A stretch of DNA of 64,000 bases, taken from Desulfovibrio desulfuricans. Its GTDB lineage: Bacteria; Desulfobacterota; Desulfovibrionia; Desulfovibrionales; Desulfovibrionaceae. Each line of letters opens with the position of its first letter. The stretch's first letter is position 1. The stretch is taken from the NCBI GenBank assembly GCA_015062205.1, contig SUVB01000051.1, forward strand, positions 25,816 to 89,815, in the 5' to 3' direction. Made by a program: the position numbers and the translations under genes. The notes beneath the pieces are model-generated. The model made no database searches, was not told where the DNA came from, and worked only from the letters and a program-made list of their open reading frames with translations. Below are positions 62,876 to 64,000 of the stretch, in pieces.

Positions 62876-64000
62876 CTACTTGGGCATGGCCTCCAGCACC
62901 TTGTCAGGACGGGCGGGCAGATGCCGCACGCGCGCCCCGCAGGCATTGTAGATGGCGTTGATGATGGCCGGATGCGGCGCGGTGAGGGGCATCTCGCCCA
63001 CGCCGGACGCGCCGAAGGGGCCGTCCTTGCGCGGCGTCTGCACATAGACGATTTCCATGTCGTCGGGAATCATCCTGATGCCGGGCACGCCCGCGCCGCC
63101 CATGGTGGCATGCTTCTTGAGATCCTCATAATCCTCGGACAGGGCCAGGCCCACGCCCTGCGCCATGCCGCCGTAGATCTGGCCGTCCACCACAAGCTTG
63201 TTGTTGACCTTGCCGATGTCGGTCACGCAGACCAGCTTTTCCACCGTGGTCTTGCCGGTGGCGACCTCCACCGCCACTTCGGCCAGGAACAGGCCGTACA
63301 TGTAGCAGGCGAAGGGCTCGCCCTGGCCCTTGGCGTCGCAGTCCCTGGCGGGGGCGGTCCACTTGCCGTCGTAGTGCACGGGGCGGCCGTCCGCCAGCAT
63401 TTCGCCATAGGTGAGGAAGCCGCCGTCCGCCTTGCGCATGCCTTCCAGCAGCAGTTCGCAGGCCACGCGGATGGCGTTGCCCGTGACCACCTGCGAGCGG
63501 GAACCGCCCGCCGGGCCGGAATTGGGCGTCTTGCTGGTGTCGTTCATGACCAGGCGTATGCGTTCGGGCGCAAGGCCCAGCGGCCGCAGGGCCTCGTGGG
63601 CCGTGCCCAGCGCGCCGGAATCCGCGCCCTGGCCGTGGTCTTCCCACGAACTGCCGATGGTCACGGAGCCGTCGGCATTGAGTTCCGCCCAGGCCTCGGA
63701 GGTGTCCGGCCCGTCCAGGCCCGCGCCGTACACGCCGAGGGCGATGCCCGTGCCGCGCTTGACCTCCGCCGTGGAGCGCTCCTTCACGCGCTTTTTGGAT
63801 TCCTCATAATAGGGGCGCATGGCCTTGAACATCTCCGGCAGGCTCAGGACTTCGGGCGCCTGTCCGGAAGGCGTGGTGTCCCCCTCCCTGTAGCAGTTCA
63901 GTTCGCGCAGGTCGAAAGGATCCATGCCCAGCTTCTCGGCCAGCTCGTCCATGAGCACTTCGGAGGGGAATTCCGACTCCGGCGCGCCGTAGCCGCGGAA
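62876..64000 (-). CDS. mop: Molybdopterin-dependent aldehyde oxidoreductase (xanthine oxidase family), C-terminal part
   Basis: FRGYGAPESEF, EDHGQG, SGPAGGSRSQV, YMYG, DGQIYGG..QG.GLAL, GASGVGE.P. Confidence 0.92.
   Translation of the reverse strand, partial: FRGYGAPESEFPSEVLMDELAEKLGMDPFDLRELNCYREGDTTPSGQAPEVLSLPEMFKAMRPYYEESKKRVKERSTAEVKRGTGIALGVYGAGLDGPDTSEAWAELNADGSVTIGSSWEDHGQGADSGALGTAHEALRPLGLAPERIRLVMNDTSKTPNSGPAGGSRSQVVTGNAIRVACELLLEGMRKADGGFLTYGEMLADGRPVHYDGKWTAPARDCDAKGQGEPFACYMYGLFLAEVAVEVATGKTTVEKLVCVTDIGKVNNKLVVDGQIYGGMAQGVGLALSEDYEDLKKHATMGGAGVPGIRMIPDDMEIVYVQTPRKDGPFGASGVGEMPLTAPHPAIINAIYNACGARVRHLPARPDKVLEAMPK

Overview
High-GC (by eye about 65-70%) chromosomal window from an anaerobic deltaproteobacterium, most likely a Desulfovibrio-type sulfate reducer. 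This is inferred from gene content: Mop-type aldehyde oxidoreductase, HydE/HydF/HypF, Fe-ADH, and the guaBA-tatBC-hisB-lipoprotein-hisA order. It holds about 59 protein-coding genes. I found no rRNA, tRNA, CRISPR array, integrase or transposase. Left to right: alpha-2-macroglobulin (partial)-pbpC; ffh-rpsP-khpA-rimM-mutM; two CgeB-like glycosyltransferases and a propeller-like protein; guaBA-tatBC-his; rlmE-yebC-mlaFDCA; ilvBNC; pdxST; Fe-ADH with an AT-rich control region; a ~1000-aa degenerate-PHP membrane protein; hydF-[four-gene glycosylation cassette]-hydE-hypF; an Ala/Gly symporter; and a minus-strand cluster downstream of the molybdo-aldehyde oxidoreductase. The strongest candidates for an undescribed system are two. 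(1) A GtrA + GT-C-like + PIG-L deacetylase + GT2 cassette between hydF and hydE. It looks like an amino-sugar surface-modification pathway analogous to Arn/Flm/Lgm but with a different deacetylase family. (2) The Mop-linked cluster, built around a radical SAM enzyme with the Cys architecture of archaeal tetraether synthase (Tes/GDGT-MAS, MJ0619 family). It also includes a methyltransferase, a CoA-ligase-like enzyme, a multi-FeS flavoprotein, a MocA-HD fusion and an apparently inserted amidohydrolase. Start codons were corrected by hand where the ORF track over-extends. All family assignments come from recognising motifs by eye, not from database searches.
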